Assembly: GCA_951406725.2 (NCBI GenBank)
Contig: OX597816.1
Coordinates: forward strand, 75,454,001 to 75,518,000
Length of the DNA stretch: 64,000 nt
Reading direction: 5' to 3'
DNA from: Octopus vulgaris
Taxonomy: Eukaryota
Each line of letters starts with the position of its first letter. Position 1 is the first letter of the stretch. Of this stretch, positions 59,771 to 64,000 are shown piece after piece. A program made the position numbers and the translations under genes. The notes under the pieces were generated by a model. It was not told the origin of the DNA, searched no databases, and saw only the letters and a program-made list of their open reading frames with translations.

Positions 59771-62700
59771 GCTAGTTGTGCTAGTGTCTCTGGTTATGTT
59801 AACTGGTATTGAGATGTTTTTCTTTATGTTAGTGACATAAGCTTAGTGATTTGATAAATGCAGATTGATAAAATAAATACCAGACTGAAATAAATATTGT
59901 TCAACTTGTCCAGTTTAGGAAAGGTACACCATGTGTGTTGTAAGAGACTTGATGTTAGGAAAGGGATCCTGCAGTAAAACACTGTCTCAAAAAGGGTTCC
60001 ACAATAGTATAATATACAAGCATGGTTCAATGCAAAGTATCTTGTGGGAGTCTCCTCTTTCTCTTATCAAAATATGGGGAATCTGGTTTGAAGTAAGAAA
60101 GGAATTCAATCCATTTCTGATGTATAAATGCTTGATATCTTTTGTGGAGATTGCTATATAATGTTTAGGCTGTGGAATGTCAGACACTGACATCAAAGTG
60201 ATGGAAGCATTGATCAAAAGGGAGAATGGGCATATGTTGTATGCAGGAGCTGAGATGGAAGAGGTGATGGGGAGGTAGACGATATAGGTATTTACCAACT
60301 TGCTGTGTTCTGTTCCAACTTACAGGGTTTTTTTGGTGTGTGTTTGTGTACATGGATATTGCACATAAGTTTCTTGTGTGTACTGTATTTTGCAGCATAT
60401 TTTATTTTACCTCTTTATATATTATTATATGTTTTAATATAGTTTACATTTTCTTTAATTTGCTTATTATTTTATATTACAATAGAGATTACACACACCT
60501 GTTTGAATAACTGAATATATTTTGCATGAAACCTATATAATATCAGGTTACTGGTTAAAAATAAAAAGTATGGTGTGTGTGCATTATATGTAAATTCTCT
60601 GCTTATGTAAAAAATCAATTGCATTAGTATACTGGTATTTTTTTTTATTTTAGTTTTATAAACAGCTTTTCAAAACGTTTAGTGTAGCTCTTAGTTTTGG
60701 AAATAGTTTATGATTAACATTTTGTTTGTTTTAAACTTATACATTTCTTTGGTGGATATAATCTTCACTGGAATGTCTTTTGGCTTTGGATATTTTTGTT
60801 GGTACACTGACAGTAGCATAAGTGTTTTCCTTCCTATTTGAAGCTATTTCACCTCACCTATGCTGCTAATCCTCTTGAGAAAGATCTAATCAGCATATTT
60901 TATTTCTTCCTCTTTTATAAATCACTAATTTTGTGCTTATATAATACAGTGTAGATCTCTTCTAAGAGAAAAAAATTTTCTCTGTTGATTACTATTGATA
61001 TTGGAATTGTAGTTAATAGGATAAAATGTAGAAATAGATATTTGTCATGCTGAAGAAGATGTTAATATCACTAGTTACCTGTTCACATAATTCATTACCT
61101 TCAACTGGTTTGTTACAGAGCGCTTTCTGTCAAATGTTAAGTATGATGGAAGGATATTGTAACCATGACAGCTTGTCAACTCTGGGAAAATACTTAACCC
61201 TTATGCTACTAGAACATTGTCAATTCCCACAACTGAAATTTAGGATACAAATTATTTGCCAAACCCATCAGGATTTAAACAGAGAAATGTTCTCAGTAAC
61301 ATAGAACATTAAGCTTACTCCCAATGTTCATGAGTAATATATCGCATTTTATCTTGATAAAAACTGACTCATCATCATTTAGTGTCCATTTTCCATGCTG
61401 GCATGAGTTGTATGGTTTGACTGAAACTGGTATACTGGAGAACTGCACCAGGCTCCAATCTATTTTGGTTTGGTTTCCACCAACCCCAACTCCACAGAGT
61501 GTACTGGGTGCCTTTTATGTGCCTTACTCAAGTACATAAATTAATCAGAATGTATGTATGTCTACACACACTCGCACACACATTGAAATAAATAGAATGC
61601 AAAAAGACCTGTCAACATTGATGGTTTCTTTGTATCTCTCTGTCTTTAACTGGTAGATTTTATTTAGGTTGAGAAAGAAAAAAGTATTGACAGCTTGTCA
61701 ACTCTTGGGAAATTAATTTTCTAAGATGTTGATATAAGATAAAAGAGAGTGTAAATTAATTTATGGCTTCAGTATGTTTATCTGGTAGAAATACAAAAAC
61801 TGATTGAAGTCATACATATCAAGTATGAATAAAAATATCAATCTACTACCTTTAATCATACCAAAGATTATCATGATTTCAATTAATGGTTAGAAAATTT
61901 CTTTTGATATGTCATTCTTATAAGTAGTTGTATTCTTGCATTCATCATCTTGCTACTGTTTGATCTGATTCCTCTTTCATTTTCTCTTATTCTTTCTCTG
62001 TCTGAATTTCCAGTCTTTGATTGTGTTTGAGACTGATAAATGGAGCCATTGTACATAAATGTAATTAGTCCACAATTGCTGATTGGTTCACACAGCATAG
62101 TTTTAAGATTGCCATTCTATTTTCATTCTGCTCAAGTTAAACAACTAAACTTAGTCACAAGAACTAGTAGGCTAGAAATGGTCTTTTTGTGCCGAATTAA
62201 CAACTAGAATGATGCTGCATGTTACTGTGTCATGTGATGAATTTGAATGTTTATAGTAGGGATCTTTTCAACATGATAGAAGGAACAGAAGGTATGGTGA
62301 AAAGTTGAAGACTCTTTAGTTAGGAAGGAAGACGACCAGGTTGAGAACTGGTAGAAAGTTAAAGTTTATTGAGAACAATAGGGTGAGTGAGAAGAAAATA
62401 AAAAGGCATTGTGAGTGTGTGTGCACACACATACACATTGCAAGAAATAAGGCTAGAAAAATGTAAAAAAAAAAAAAAGAAAGAAAGAAAGAAATAAACT
62501 TTCACCTGGAAGTGAAGAGAATGTTTTCAGAAACAGTTTGTGGACAATTGATTGTATTAGGAAAGTGTATTTAGATATTTATATTGGAGTGTAAACCTGC
62601 GTCCAAAGTTATAGATTTCTAAAGAAAAAAAAAATGTCAAGAAAGGCATGTCATTTAAGGGAAGGTAGGAAGAAAAGCTGGTGAACATGGGAAGTGGTAG

Positions 62701-62806
62701 TTGTTGCATAGCACTCAAGGATGAAATAACTGAAATTAGTCTCAGCTACCCAGAGTTACATCTTTTGATAATAAACAGTGCATTAAAATTTGACTTGTAG
62801 AATGTA

Positions 62807-63990
62807 CGAGGGTCAACTGAAAAGTTCATAGGCTGATGAGATACTCTCTTGGAATGTGACCAAATGAAGTTTATTTTTCAACATACTCCCCCATGCAGCC
62901 CACACAATTCTTCCATCAGTGTTGCAGTGCTTGAATCTCATTGGTGAAGAAGCTTTCATTCTGTTGATCAAAAACATCATCAACAGTTGATATGATGTTA
63001 TCATCATTGCGATACTGGTTGTCACCAAGTGTTTTTTCATGTTAAAGAATACATCATAATCAGATGGGGCCAAATCAGGAGCATAAGGCGGCTTATCAAC
63101 CAGATCATAGCTACAGTCACAGACAGCAACCATTGAAACCAAGGACTTGTGTACTGGTGCACTGTTCTGATGAAATAAAACCCCTTTCCATCAGTTTTTC
63201 TGGGCATTTAGTCTTGATAACCTTTCATAACTGCAAGTTGGCACAGTGCTCTTCATTGATGTGGTTCTTTTGAAGATAATCTATAAACACAATTCCTTTT
63301 ACATCCCAAAAACCTGAGGCTATCACCTTCCCTGCAGATAAAACAATCTTGGCCTTCTTTGAAACAGGTGAATGGGTGGGGTGGTGTTTCTACTGCATGG
63401 ATTATCTCTTTGTTTCTGGTTCAAAGTGATAAACTCAACATCCATCTTGGGTTAGGAAATGTTGAAGGAAACCAGCTAGATCTGCTCAAACAATGTCAGA
63501 CTTTCCTGTGATGCAATCAGCCTGGTATGCTGTTGATCAAGTGTCAGAAGACATGATACCCACCAAACAGAAACCTTCATCATACCAAGTTCATTGCGCA
63601 GAATATTTGCAACTGTCTCACAGGATATGCTAATAGCATTGGCTCTTTGATTTATAGTCAATCACCTCTCATCCATCACCATGTGGTGAACACAATCAAT
63701 GTTTCACTCAATGGTTACAGTTGCAGGATGTCTAGACATTGAATCATCTTCAAGACTCTCTCTCTTGCTCTCCTAAATTCAGCTGCCCACTTTTACACTG
63801 TTGATAAAGCTGGAGCAGCAACCATGTCAGTATGAATGTTCTTGGGGACTAAACCCTTTTTCTGCAGATACTTAATAACACCACAATAATGTCAGATGTC
63901 AGTTTATCTGAAAGGAAACCATGCAGTTGAAATTAATGCATGCAGTAAGAAAAGTTGAAATTAATGCATGCAAGATTTCACAACTTCAGC
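62807..63990 (-). mobile_element. Degenerate DD34D mariner
   Basis: TA-CGAGGGTCAACTGAAAAGTTC TIR; PPYAPDLAPSDY; ILRNELGMMKVSVWWV; other end at or beyond the window edge. Confidence 0.85.
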
Positions 63991-64000
63991 ATCAATTCTT

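Noticed and set aside
57176-64000. SLC25A32 exon 3
   Set aside because: No segment encoding the expected YNxxK...helix 3 sequence was found; probably beyond the window.

Overview
Eukaryotic, AT-rich, repeat-dense genomic DNA. The SINE/LINE repertoire suggests a coleoid cephalopod, probably Octopus (inference). Two divergently oriented spliced genes are partly contained. RFC1 (replication factor C large subunit) lies on the minus strand: an ATG-only first coding exon at 18479-18481 below an E2F site, five more N-terminal exons down to 427, then it continues off the left edge. SLC25A32 (mitochondrial folate/FAD carrier) lies on the plus strand: exon 1 at 29819-30092, a ~27 kb intron, exon 2 at 57019-57175, then it continues off the right edge. 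Most of the rest is transposable-element debris: a near-full-length CR1 LINE plus a truncated sister copy, many RTE-LINE fragments with (GAT)n tails, several tRNA-derived SINE families, DD34D mariners, DD41D elements, a Tc1, hAT and piggyBac-type MITEs, and a Gypsy remnant. Most notable: (1) a tRNA-headed SINE with a 14-bp TSD carrying a Penelope-type hammerhead ribozyme motif (42223-42473), plus a second minimal hammerhead-like motif in the same intron; (2) a candidate ORF1-only (HAL1-like) retroelement; (3) several large fold-back structures that could form dsRNA; (4) a 76-bp hairpin micro-MITE beside the RFC1 promoter. Most ORFs in the supplied track are spurious. Repeat boundaries are approximate except where TIRs or TSDs are quoted.
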